Source: Nitrospirota bacterium
Lineage (GTDB): Bacteria > Nitrospirota > UBA9217
Direction: 5' to 3'
Length of the DNA stretch: 64,000 nt
Assembly (NCBI GenBank): GCA_963818475.1
Contig: CAWFSF010000002.1
Coordinates: 512,001 to 576,000 of the forward strand
In this document: positions 45,701-56,239 of the stretch, one piece after another
Layout of the letters: the number at the start of each line of letters is the position of its first letter
Numbering within the stretch: the first letter of the stretch is position 1
Translations under genes and position numbers: made by a program
The notes under the pieces: generated by a model
What the model saw: the letters and a program-made list of their open reading frames with translations, nothing else
What the model was told of the DNA's origin: nothing
The model's database searches: none

Positions 45701-48356
45701 ACCAGCTCGCCATTACCCGGATCAACCAATGCGCCCCCACCTGAGCTGATTCTAAACTCCACCCTTGCGCCTGCCACAGGTTTTTTTGTAATATCGCGCA
45801 CGAGGACCATAAGAGAAGAATTGTCAGGATATTGCATAATCTTATCTACTGTAGCCAGCTGCAAGTCAGTCGCTGTTACCTTCTCAATATAGTAAGCTTC
45901 ATCAGCGTTGGAATTCACCGGTCCATAGTTTGGGGCTTCGAGTATCGCCACGAGGTTCAGATCCGACCAGCTAACCGCTCCAAGGGCAGTCATCCCACCC
46001 GCTACCATGCCGGACAGCATATAGCCCGCCTCGCCGGTTGTCGTGTTCTCTTTGATGTATCCGATCCCGGTCCAGTCCTGATAGGTAATTTCAGATTGCG
46101 GAATGCGGATTGCGGAATTATTTGCAACTGCTTCACGTAATGTCTTGCTTGATATTGTCGTCAAAAGGCAAGGTCGGAAGAATTGCATCGATATTGGCCT
46201 GATCGATAGTCAGAATAGGCGTTGCCGGCTGACTGCCGCTGGCTATGCCGAAGAGCTTTGCCGTTGAGATCGATCCTACGTCGAACGCATCTTCAAACAG
46301 CTTGCTTTCGAGCACCGAGCCCTGGAGGCCTGACAGCTGCATGAATGTCAGGGTCCGGCTGTCAGGGATCAGCGTCCGTGGTTACAGCCTCCACACTTCT
46401 CAAATCAGCATCCAGAAACAAACCCTTCCACTCGAAACCCTGCGGATCTTCTCCCGCATAGGTGACATCGATTGAATTGGCAAGGGTGACGATTGTCGGA
46501 AGAGGCCTGCTTAAGGCAACCTTGAACAGGGAAGAAAGCTCGACCTCCGCCTTGTTCCAGTTGTCGATATAATTTATAGCCTCCCGGTACAGGAGGTTCG
46601 CTGCTTTTGTATCATCCAGTCCTATGGGGATGACTGCATTCTGAGAAACGACGCCAAGGGCGGTCAAATTCCCGCTGATCATCGAGTTCGTAAAGGTTTC
46701 TGTTCCATTGGGAGACGTGATCGTAATTGAGAGGTTATAATCAGCTCCCATGGCGATGCCGCCGGTCCCGACAACGATCCTCTCATCATCGATCATGAGG
46801 ACAGGGCGCAAATGAACAAGATAAGCCGGGGTATTGTCCAGGCCACCGAAGGTGTTTATGGTCTCCTGGTCGTCCACCGTCTCGGGTTCATAGCTTATGA
46901 TGACTTTCCTGTTCGAGAGCTTCTGCATATCCAGCGTGATCGAAAAAAGCTCATTATTGGCGAGATCCTTTGCCAATAAGGTCGCTTTATGGATAAGCTC
47001 GGCCGGAAGGGCTGTATACTCCCCGGTGATCGCCGTTTCCTTGAACTGCAGGCTCGAAGGCAGGATCTGCATCACGTCGGAATTCAGCGTCCTGGTGCTG
47101 AGGTAATCCGTGTAGGTTTTTGTCGGACTGGTCTGGAGGAGATGCTCGTTGATCCGTGCTGTAAGATATTCGAGCGGCGTTCCGGTCTGGACTGCCGAGA
47201 GATAGTCATCCCGCATGGCAGTGAGCGACATCCCGCTCAACAAGATGTCATCTGACTGATTTTCCGCGTACCCGCCTGCTTTGATACTCGTGTCTAGGGC
47301 CAGCCAGATTTCCCCCTGTTTATCCATGACCGCCCCGCGGTAGTTGGAATAAGGGACGAAGGTCTCTACCCAGAGATGCTCGATCTGGATATTCTTTATC
47401 ACGGTCCCGTCCATCACGACCTGATGGGGAATGCCTGCCTTCTGAAAGAACTCGCCGAGCTTCGCAGGATCACTCACCCCGGTCAGGTTCTTCGCCTTCT
47501 CGATATCCGGGAAAAACTCGATCGTGCCGCGGACATAGCGTGTCGGATAGCCCGATGCACGCATGAGCGCGACCAATAATGCAGCCTGATCGCAGTCATT
47601 CCCGCTCTTTTGACGAAGCGTTTCCTCCGCGCCTTTCATGCATCCCCAGTACCACTCGGTCTCGATGTTGTTCTTGACGAATTCATAGATTAAGACCGGA
47701 TTCCAGTTGAGGGACTGGGCTTTAGCGACGATCTCTGCTGACAGAGGTGCCTCTGCCGTGCCCTTTGTATCGTCAGTGGCCACAGATTGGTTGCCGTTGC
47801 GATAGGCCGGAATAATAACAGGAGTGGCACTCGGTAAAACTGCCGGGTAATTCAGATGTTTATAAGGAAGGCTGCCGATGATGGGATGTTTCTTTTCATG
47901 AACGATGCGATCGAGGAGCTTTTCCAGCTTATCAGCAATGCGGGAAGAAACTTCACCTGAATCGGGTATGGAATTGACGAGGCTCAAGTACTCCTCAAGC
48001 GCCTTGAGGTAGCCGCTTTTTACTTTTTCCTGCCGATCCCGGGCCTTGCTCCCGAGATTTTTCACTTTTTCGTCGCGCACCCGGAAGCGCTCCTGGAGCA
48101 GCATGTGCGATGCGGCTATATCTTCTGAAAGGGTTTTTAACCGCTTTCCATCGAGGGTTGACGCAGCACCCGACTTCTGCTTTTCACGCACGATCCTGAC
48201 TAATTTTTTGCTTTGCGAAAGCTTGTTCTGCAGATCTTTTTCAAGATCCAAGTCAGCGGCGTTGACTGAGAGCGGGGAAGATGTCAGGCTGAGAAAAAGT
48301 GCGAAGCGTAATAAATTGATACCGATGCTGTTGCCCCTTTGGGAAGTCTTCTGCAC
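42751..48356 (-). CDS. Large (~1,870 aa) secreted transglutaminase-like protein with Ig-like, peptidoglycan-binding-like and C-terminal NlpC/P60 domains; frame breaks near 46360, 46140, 43650 and 42920
   Basis: AGGAGG + GTG start; signal peptide; GNDCDQAALL..RASG.PTRYVRG, EHLWVE and WLALD; GIDCSGFIQ, GDLL, SHVAMV and ILHAS. Confidence 0.8.
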
Positions 48357-48880
48357 GTAATCCTCCTGATAAGCTGGGTCTAGGCCAGAGAAACACTCTT
48401 AGCAAAGCTGAAAAGAAGTTACTTACTTATATGACATTGACGAATCTACCCGATTCAAGCGATAATTCTGTAAAAGAGATGGAAGGCAGTCGTTGACAGG
48501 AAATGAATCTAAATGAAATTGACTGCAACAAAAGTATTATATTCGACTATGGGGAAACGACTAGACCGTGCAACAAAATAAATGGGGTATTTTCAGGGTA
48601 TTGACGTTTATTGCAGTTTATTGCAAGGAGGAAGTCGCCAAGGGGTCCCCTTGGGAGCCGCATCCGAATGGTCCCCCTGTGTATCGAAGACAGAAATCTT
48701 TTGCCCATATTGTTGAGGTATGCGATCGTGTGTAGGAATGAAGAATCTGTGTTTCTTTACGTTCCTGCGGCCAGGGGAAAACAACCGTAAAACAACCGTC
48801 GTTTTTTTGTTTAACGTACTCACCTATTGCACCATGCCGGCCTTTAGTTATGCATCGAATTCCGCGGTCTGATGCACCCT

Positions 48881-49124
48881 GCTTGAGGTGCGGAGATTCC
48901 TGTCAGGGTTTTAAATTTGCAGAATAATGCATGTGTTCGAACAAAAGTCGGATTTTTTCGAAGCCGTGGAAGCTTATCAAGGTGAGAGCAAAGGAGGACT
49001 TAGTAACTATAGAATCATACCGAGTCGCAGCTTGTAACCGTGGACCTTAGAATGAAAACGAGATTGCCGCGGTCGCTGCACTCCTCGCTTGACATGCGGA
49101 GATTCTGTGCGAGGTTTTAAATTT
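48881..49124. repeat. 38-bp imperfect direct repeat pair
   Basis: 48881-48918 vs 49087-49124, 30/38 identical: GCTTGA-N2-TGCGGAGATTC-N7-GGTTTTAAATTT. Confidence 0.8.
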
Positions 49125-49165
49125 AAACTGGCTTTACAACATCCGCAGGCACCCGGAGGTGCGCT

Positions 49166-50226
49166 ATGAAAAAAGTACTGTACTGGCTATCCTCGATCTT
49201 TTTAGTTGCTGGTTTATTCGCGATCCTGTTCTACTCTTGCAGCGGACACAACGGAGGTGGCGCTTCGTCGGCCAAAGTGGGTCTCTATATTACCGACGAT
49301 ATGGCGGACTATAAGCAGGTGAACGCCACCGTCACAAAAGTGCAGGTCCTGCAGACCGGCTCAGGCGCTGTCTGTGATCTGCTCACCACGCCGGTGGCCC
49401 TGGATATTGCCGAGCTTTCCGATGTGCTGCAGCTCGTATCAGTTTCAACCTGTGCAGCCGTTCCCTACAACCGGATCCACATCGAGTTTGAGAAGAGCGT
49501 CGAACTGATGAGCAATGCAACCACGACCTCGCCCTGCAGCTTCACCTCCTATAGGGACCTGGGGACAGCGCCGAATGTGCTCCAGTGCAACGGGTCGACC
49601 TGCTCGCTCGACATCAACGGTGCGGTGAATGTGCTCGTCAATCAGCAGAACAAGCTTGCCCTCGACTTCGTTCTTAAGGATTTTGAGGTTGCGAACTTCG
49701 GCGATCCCGCGGCCTGCTCCGTGACCATGAAGGTTTCCCCTCTTCACGCCGTGGATATGGGAGCACGGGGCCATCCCGAGGGCATCACGGGCCTGATCTC
49801 CGGCCTGTCCACTACAGACCGGACCTTCACGCTCACGAGAGGCAACACCGCGTTCAGCGTGCTCTATTCCGGCATCACCCCGAGCCGGCAGCCGGGGATC
49901 GACAGCCTGCTCGAACTCGCCCAAACCGACAGCCTGCGGGTCAAGGTCGTGAGTTCCAGCATCGACTTTTTATCGCAGACCATCGATGCCACAGCGGTTT
50001 ACGTCAAGGTGGAGGGAACGGTTTCAACCTGGATCCGGTGGCCCATACCTTTACGCTCACCTACAAGGCAGGCAAAACGATCGTGGTTGATTACAGCAAT
50101 GCCGGCGTGGACGGAATCCTTGTTGACGGTGCCTGGGTAGCGTTGAAGCTCTATGGATTCGACGGCGGGAATTATCTCGCTTCGAAGGTCGAGGTGTGGG
50201 AAAGCGGCATGACGACCGATGACTGA
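49166..50226 (+). CDS. DUF4382-like exported protein with DUF5666-like repeats; frame break near 50030
   Basis: N-terminal hydrophobic segment with Cys; LYITD motif; ITGLISGL..TDRTFTL and VKVEGTV repeats. Confidence 0.6.
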
Positions 50227-50279
50227 AGTATGTTGTTGCCGGCAATTCAATCCCGTTTTTTTCTGGAGGCGAAGCGGGG

Positions 50280-50433
50280 CAAGGAGGTCAAATCAGGGAA
50301 GCTGGAGCCGAAGAAGCTCAGCAACGAGGGCGGCGTGATGAAGGCCTCAGACACTTTCAGTAATGCCGCCAATGAGAAAGGCGCTGAAGGTCCTGCTCAA
50401 GGCCGCGTAACAGAACTGGCTGCAGTCTCCTTG
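50280..50433 (+). ncRNA. Candidate structured, pseudoknotted ncRNA of unassigned family
   Basis: Several helices visible by eye (detailed in findings), closed by CAAGGAG/CTCCTTG and followed by a strong hairpin. Confidence 0.5.
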
Positions 50434-50436
50434 TTT

Positions 50437-50469
50437 AAGGGCCTGCCCTCCTCTGGGAGGCAGGCCCTT
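50437..50469 (+). terminator. Strong hairpin, probable terminator
   Basis: AAGGGCCTGCC/GGCAGGCCCTT stem; weak U-tract. Confidence 0.6.
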
Positions 50470-50581
50470 GTTGTGCAGCGTGAAGCTCATCGCCATACTG
50501 CTCCGAACACTGCTTCGGATGCCGGGTTCGGAAATCTGTTCGCTCGTGAATTGACAAACTCACTTTTCGGAGGGAGAAGCC

Positions 50582-50932
50582 GTGAAACCGATTATCGCGG
50601 ATGCCAGCCTGGTTGCCTATTGCGGATTGTATTGCGGCGCATGCAAGGGATATTTAAAGGATACCTGTCCCGGATGCCATGACAACAACAAGGCCACGTG
50701 GTGCAAGGTCAGAAGCTGCTGCAGACAGCAGGGATATGCATCGTGCGCCGAGTGCAGCAACGTTCAGGACCCGGCTGAGTGCAGGAAATTCAACAATGTC
50801 ATATCAAAGGCCATCGGGTTTGTCCTGCGCTCGGACAGGCGGGCCTGCATCCTGCAGATCAAAAAAATGGGCATAGCCGATCACGCCGAAAATATGGCTG
50901 CGAGCAAAAGACAGAGCATCAGACGGGCATAG
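50582..50932 (+). CDS. DUF3795-like Cys-rich protein
   Basis: CGLYCGAC..CPGC..CKVRSCC...CAEC pattern; GGAGG RBS. Confidence 0.82.
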   Translation: MKPIIADASLVAYCGLYCGACKGYLKDTCPGCHDNNKATWCKVRSCCRQQGYASCAECSNVQDPAECRKFNNVISKAIGFVLRSDRRACILQIKKMGIADHAENMAASKRQSIRRA

Positions 50933-50963
50933 TTTTTAGCACCTGCGACAGCGAGTACCGAGC

Positions 50964-51599
50964 TCACTCTCGATGCACGGGGCGCTCTCCTGCGAGTAAA
51001 ATATCCTGACGCGTTGCGAACTTAGCGACGACGGCGCGGTAATCTTCTTCGGTATCCATGTCCAGGACAACACCTTCATCAGGAACATCGACCACCAGCA
51101 CCCGGTCGCCCTCGTCGCGGATCAGGTCGCGCAAACTGCCCAGAAAAAAGATATCGCTGATGACCGAGAAGGGAAAAAGAGTGGGGTGTCCGCGTCTTCC
51201 TTCGAAGGCAGGGATGATGATCCTCTCCGGCGACTGTTTGTGTGCGTCGACGATCGCCCGGTACGTATTGCAGCTGACGAGCGGGTGATCGGCCAGGCAG
51301 ACGAGAACTGCCGGACAGGTCTCATCCACGGCGCGCATCCCGATCCGCACCGAATCGGCCATCTGGCCTCCCTTTGTCTTGTTCCAGACGATGCGTGCGC
51401 CTGTCCCGATGAGCTCAGCAGCGCAGGCATCATGCCCTGCTCCGCAAACGACAACGATCTGCCCGATCCCGGCGGCCGCGAGCGTGTCTACGCAGTGCCG
51501 GATGACGGCCTTATTACCGAGCCGCAGAAGCTGCTTTACGGTCCCCATCCTCGTTGATGAGCCTGCTGCAAGAACGAGCGCTGTTGCGCGAAACTCCAT
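50964..51599 (-). CDS. mocA: Molybdenum cofactor cytidylyltransferase-like NTP transferase
   Basis: LAAGSSTRMG..KQLL, GRRGHP and DMDT.EDY motifs; next to xdhC and a molybdoenzyme. Confidence 0.8.
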   Translation of the reverse strand: MEFRATALVLAAGSSTRMGTVKQLLRLGNKAVIRHCVDTLAAAGIGQIVVVCGAGHDACAAELIGTGARIVWNKTKGGQMADSVRIGMRAVDETCPAVLVCLADHPLVSCNTYRAIVDAHKQSPERIIIPAFEGRRGHPTLFPFSVISDIFFLGSLRDLIRDEGDRVLVVDVPDEGVVLDMDTEEDYRAVVAKFATRQDILLAGERPVHRE

Positions 51600-52356
51600 T
51601 CGCTCTCCTTTTCTGGACGATCTGCGCCATGATGCTTACGCTGATCTCCTCGGGCGTGACTGACCCGATCTCCATGCCCACGGGTATGATGACCCTGCTG
51701 ATAGCTTCCTGGGAAAAGCCGCTTTGTTCCAGCGCCTGGTACAGCAGGGCTTTTTTGCGCCTGCTCCCGAGAAGGCCGATGTAGCCTGCGCTGGTCCGGA
51801 GCGCGGCCTTCACCGCATCGAGATCGTGGTTGTGGCCGCGCGTCGCCACGACAACGAATGTGCCGCTCCCGACCGGAACGGCTGCAAAGGCGCGGTCGAA
51901 TTCCGTGACCATCAGCTCATGCGCATCGGGGATGTTCTCCTGGTTGGCGTACTCCTGCCGGTCGTCCACCACGGTCACGCGGAACCCGGTGAACCGTGCG
52001 AGTTTGGCCAGCGTTTTCCCTACATGGCCCGCGCCGAGGATCACGAGATTCGGTTCGAGCATCAATGGTTCGATGTACACGAGGACCGTGCCGCCGCATA
52101 CGAGCCCGCCTTCCCGTTCCGTGAGCGCGACGGGCATGGTCGCCGGCTCTCCGTCCTTCATGGCCATGAGGGCGGCCTGCACCACGTCCGCCTCAAGACA
52201 TCCGCCGCCGAGGGTCCCCAAAAGCGAGCCGTCGTCCCGCACGAGCATCTTGGCGCCCTGCTTCTGCGGCGACGAGCCGCGGCATTCTACGATCGTGGCG
52301 ATGGCCGAGGTCCTGCCCAGGCGTTTGAGCCGGAGTGCTTCTTCATAGATCTGCAT
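51514..52356 (-). CDS. xdhC: XdhC/CoxI family molybdoenzyme maturation factor
   Basis: GSSPQKQGAKM, GTLGGGCLE, GAGHVG, TRGHNHD and TPEEISVSI motifs. Confidence 0.9.
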   Translation of the reverse strand: MQIYEEALRLKRLGRTSAIATIVECRGSSPQKQGAKMLVRDDGSLLGTLGGGCLEADVVQAALMAMKDGEPATMPVALTEREGGLVCGGTVLVYIEPLMLEPNLVILGAGHVGKTLAKLARFTGFRVTVVDDRQEYANQENIPDAHELMVTEFDRAFAAVPVGSGTFVVVATRGHNHDLDAVKAALRTSAGYIGLLGSRRKKALLYQALEQSGFSQEAISRVIIPVGMEIGSVTPEEISVSIMAQIVQKRRANGVSRNSARSCSRLINEDGDRKAASAAR

Positions 52357-52376
52357 AGATCACCTCGTGGAAAAAT

Positions 52377-52893
52377 TCTTTGACACTGATAACATCCGAC
52401 AAAGGCTATGAACCTGAAAAAAGCATTTGGCCGCAGATACCAGAAGTAGGCGCTTCTAAGCGAAATCGGATAAACGCGGATTAAACCTACAAAACGGCAT
52501 CTTGAACACGTAAAAGACTCGGACACATCTGAGGTGAACGCGGATAAATCCTTAATGCAAAGCATTCGGACCATCGGGTGAACCTCGTATAAAAGCCGGA
52601 TAATCCGCCGATTATCCGTCTCTTATCCGTGTTTAAGATGCTTCACCCAATGGATAAAAACTTCAAAACAAATCGCTGTTAACAGATAAATACGATTCAC
52701 CCCTGGGCCAAAACCGTTTTTAGGTTAATCCTGAATGCCTGATTTTATCTGCGTGAATCTGCGTAAATCTGCGGCCAACTGCCGTTTATAGGATGAAACT
52801 TCTATGTCGAAGAGTCAGCGGTAATGTTTAAGCTGACTTTTCAGGAATCATGGTCCTTCATAGCCTTTTATCCGCCCTGATCCGTGTCAAAGA
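52377..52893. repeat. Nested stack of four inverted-repeat pairs
   Basis: IR pairs 52377-52412/52857-52893, 52411-52438/52767-52794, 52478-52497/52714-52731 and 52497-52510/52628-52641. Confidence 0.85.
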
Positions 52894-52958
52894 TATGGCT
52901 CAGGCTTTGATTGCCGTCCTCGCGTCCTTCGCGCCATCGCGGTTAAATGCCTTTTAGC

Positions 52959-55126
52959 TCATGCCTTCTTCATCGCCGCAAGCACGGTCTCCGGCTTCAT
53001 CGGCAGCTCGCGCACCCGCGCCCCTGTTGCAACGAACACCGCGTTCGCGACCGCAGGTGCTGCCGGCGGCACGCCGGGCTCTCCAATGCCGCTGAGCTTC
53101 TCTCCGCTTTTCACGATATGCACCTCTATATCGGGCGCCTCGCTCATCCTGAGAAGCTCGTAGTCCGCGAAGTTCTCCGACTTGATGCCTCCGTTCGCGA
53201 TCTCGATCTTTTCCTTGAGCGCCGCGGAAAGGCCCATGGTGATGCCTCCGATCATCTGCGCGGAAACGATCGCGGGGTTGACGATCGGTCCGCAGTCTAC
53301 GGCGCAGGTCACCTTGTGGACGGTGATCGACCCGCTTTTACGGTCAACGGAAACCTCGGCGACCTCGGCCACGTAGCTCCCGAAGGACAGGTGATACGCG
53401 ATGCCGCGCGCCTGGCCCCGGGAAAGGGGCTTGCCCCACCCCGCCTTTTCAGCGGCGACCTCGAGCACCCGCCGCGCCCGCGCATGGTTCTTGAGCAGGC
53501 CGAGCCTGAATTCGAGCGGGTCCTTCTTCGCGGCAAAAGCGAGCTCGTCGACAAAGCTTTCGACCGTGAAGGCGTTGTGCGAACTGCCGACGGAGCGCCA
53601 GAAGCCCACGGGCACCGGCGTGTCGATGCTGTACATACTCGACGTGAACGTTCGGAACCTCGTACTCCATGTTCTCAACGCCCTCCACGGCTGCGTTGTC
53701 GATGCCGTTCTTCATCATTTGCGGAAAGACGCGGCTGAAGATCGAAGGGCAGACGATGGTATGCGACCAGGCAGTTGCGCGGTCTTTGGCGTCGAGCGCG
53801 GCCCGGATCCTGGTTGCGTTCATGGGGCGGTAAAAATCGTGCTGGATGTCCTCTTCGCGCTTCCAGACGAGCTTGACCGGCTTGCCGGCTGACACGGACA
53901 AGGTAAGGGCCTCTTCGACAAAATCCTGTTCAAAGCGCCTGCCGAACCCGCCGCCGAGGTAGGTGGTATGGACAAGCACCTGCTCGGGCTTCAGGCCTGT
54001 GATCTTCGCTGCCATGCCTCGTACGCCGGTCTGGTTCTGCGTCGGCACCCAGATATCGCACCCGTCGCTCCGCACATCGACGGTGCAGTTCATGGGCTCC
54101 ATGGTCGCATGGGAGAGGAAGGGCAGCTGGTACACCGCTTCGACTTGCCGGCTGGCACCCTCTATGGCCGCCTTGGCATCGCCGTCGTTCCGCGCCACGA
54201 TGCCGCTCGTGTCCAGCTTGCTCAGGAATTCCTTCTGGAGCGACCCGGTGCTGAGACCCGGATATTTCTCTTTCTGCCAGACCGGCTTGAGGGCATCCCT
54301 TCCCTTCCACGCCCCATCGATCGTATCTGCCAAGACGGCCATCCCGGCCGGAATCGGCACGACCGAGCGGACGCCGGGCATGGCCGCTACTTCATCCCTG
54401 TGGGACGAGGCAAGAGTCGGCACCGTAGGCCGGTGGCCGGGCGATCGCGGCATAGAGCATGCCCGGCACAAAGGAATCGATGCCGAACTTCGCCCTGCCG
54501 TTCACCTTGTCTTCCATGTCGAGCCGGGGCATCTCCTTTCCGATGTACCGGAACTGGCTTTCCTTCTTGAGTGCGGGATTCTGAGGCACCTCGAGCTTTG
54601 CCGCCTTCTGTACAAGCTTGCCATAGGAGATCGTCCTCTTGCTCTTCACGTGCCGGACCTTGCCGAGATCTGCCGCGCAGTCCCTGATCGGCACCTTCCA
54701 CTCGCGTGCCGCGACAAAGACCAGCATCTCGCGGGCCGCTGCGCCTGCTTTTCTCAAGGGTTCGTACATGTGGCTGATGCTGGAACTGCCGCCCGTGGAC
54801 TGGAGGCCCCAGACAGGGTCCTTGTAGGCGTCGCCAGCGGGAGCGACCTCCATCTTCACGTTCTTCCAGTCCGCGTCCAGTTCGTCGGCAACGATCATGG
54901 GCAAGGACGTGTACACGCCCTGCCCCATCTCGGACTTGTTCACGATAACGACGACGGTGTTGTCAGGCAGAATGCGGAGCCATGCGCTCGGCTGGAAGGC
55001 CGGGGTTTCCTTTTCCATCTCTGCGGCAGAGAGCAGGCGGTAGCCGGCCGACGTCGAGACAACGGCAATGGTCAGACCCGTACCCGTCATTTTCAGGAAA
55101 TCTCTTCGTGTAAGGTCGGTCTTCAT
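52959..55126 (-). CDS. Xanthine dehydrogenase-family molybdopterin subunit (IorB-like), Tat-exported; frame breaks near 54400 and 53630
   Basis: TRRDFLK Tat motif; [26 protein letters not shown] and GIGEPGVP. Confidence 0.9.
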
Positions 55127-55575
55127 TTTTTCCCTCCTGCGGATGCGAGCCGAATGGCGCTCTTGATCCTGACATAGGTGCCGCAGCGGCAAAGGTTCCC
55201 GTTCATGTGCTGGACGATCGACCCGTCCGTGGGATGCGGGTCTTCGGCAAGGAGCGCCGCGGCCTGCATGATCTGGCCGGACTGGCAGTATCCGCACTGC
55301 GGCACCTGCTCCTTGACCCAGGCCCGCTTCACCGGATGGGTTTCGGGAAGCCCTTCGATGGTCGTGATCTTTTTGCCCTGCGCAGTGCCCACCGGGGTCT
55401 GGCAGGAGCGGATCGCCTTGCCGTCGAGGTGCACGGTGCAGGAGCCGCACAGGCCGATGCCGCATCCGAATTTCGTACCCGTCATCTGGAGCCGCTCGCG
55501 GATGACCCACAAAAGCGGCACGTCTTCAGCAACATCAACGTCGTATTTTTTCCCATTGATCTCCAACTGTATCAT
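55123..55575 (-). CDS. (2Fe-2S)-binding subunit (IorA-like)
   Basis: [24 protein letters not shown] and NLCRCGTY motifs. Confidence 0.94.
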   Translation of the reverse strand: MIQLEINGKKYDVDVAEDVPLLWVIRERLQMTGTKFGCGIGLCGSCTVHLDGKAIRSCQTPVGTAQGKKITTIEGLPETHPVKRAWVKEQVPQCGYCQSGQIMQAAALLAEDPHPTDGSIVQHMNGNLCRCGTYVRIKSAIRLASAGGKK

Positions 55576-55887
55576 GGAACACCTCCGTCACAGGTTATCG
55601 ACGATCCGGCGATCTTGCCCAGGGGTTTAGACGTGTTGTCGCAGCATCTGTCTGAATGTTGCAGTTGGCTGGTGACTTTTTCGGTCGTAATGGATAATCG
55701 GCTGTAATTTACTATAGCTCGAAAAGGCGGAAGTTCAAGTTTCTATTCGATAGTGGAAATGAATACTACTTTCTGCGCAGAGGTGTCGTTTGTGTTGCGG
55801 GTTGCAGGAAAAGGAGCGATGAAGCGGCCGTTGCCGTGAGAGGAGGCATCGTCTTTTATCACGGTTCGGGTTCGCGAAAAGCAGAAA

Positions 55888-55914
55888 AAAGGTGCAGACA
55901 TTTTCTGCACCTTT
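55888..55914 (-). terminator. Intrinsic terminator
   Basis: AAAGGTGCAGA/TCTGCACCTTT stem with a T-run on the minus strand. Confidence 0.7.
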
Positions 55915-55952
55915 CCAGGTTAACCTGTTGTCCAGAACCGCGGCAGCGACTA

Positions 55953-56132
55953 TCACGCGGCCTTTTTCAGTTTTTCGAGCACGGTCTTCAGAGCTTCTTC
56001 GTCTATTTTCAGTTCATCACGGTTGATCTTCCGCATGCCCGAAGCGACCAGCTCCCTGATCTGCGGAATCGTGGTCTCCTCCAGTTCGTGAACAAGCAGA
56101 TCCCGTTCTTTTTTATCCAGATCGATGATCAT
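55953..56132 (-). CDS. Small helical hypothetical protein
   Basis: GAGGTG RBS before MIIDLDKKE; followed by its own terminator. Confidence 0.65.
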   Translation of the reverse strand: MIIDLDKKERDLLVHELEETTIPQIRELVASGMRKINRDELKIDEEALKTVLEKLKKAA

Positions 56133-56210
56133 AAAGCTCACCTCTTTTCCTTCAGGATATCATCCTCCTGTTGTAATTATATCACCAAAGCGCCTGCACG
56201 GCCGGCTGCC

Positions 56211-56239
56211 TTGACAGCGCTGCGGTACAGCGATATCAT
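56211..56239 (+). promoter_or_regulatory. Sigma-70 promoter
   Basis: TTGACA-N17-TATCAT. Confidence 0.65.

Noticed and set aside
30513-48356. Prophage, T6SS/RHS locus or diversity-generating retroelement
   Set aside because: No integrase, phage structural, VgrG/PAAR, YD-repeat or reverse transcriptase genes, and no template/variable repeat pair was noticed.
50230-50682. 150-aa ORF in the track
   Set aside because: No RBS or recognisable domain; it crosses a strong hairpin and overlaps the DUF3795 gene in another frame.
53963-55177. Long antisense ORFs (this one, and e.g. 263-1066, 15692-16450, 58251-59279)
   Set aside because: Shadow frames of well-supported genes in GC-rich DNA, with no motifs of their own.
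55576-55740. Moco riboswitch upstream of the molybdoenzyme
   Set aside because: No recognisable Moco-motif stems or conserved loops.
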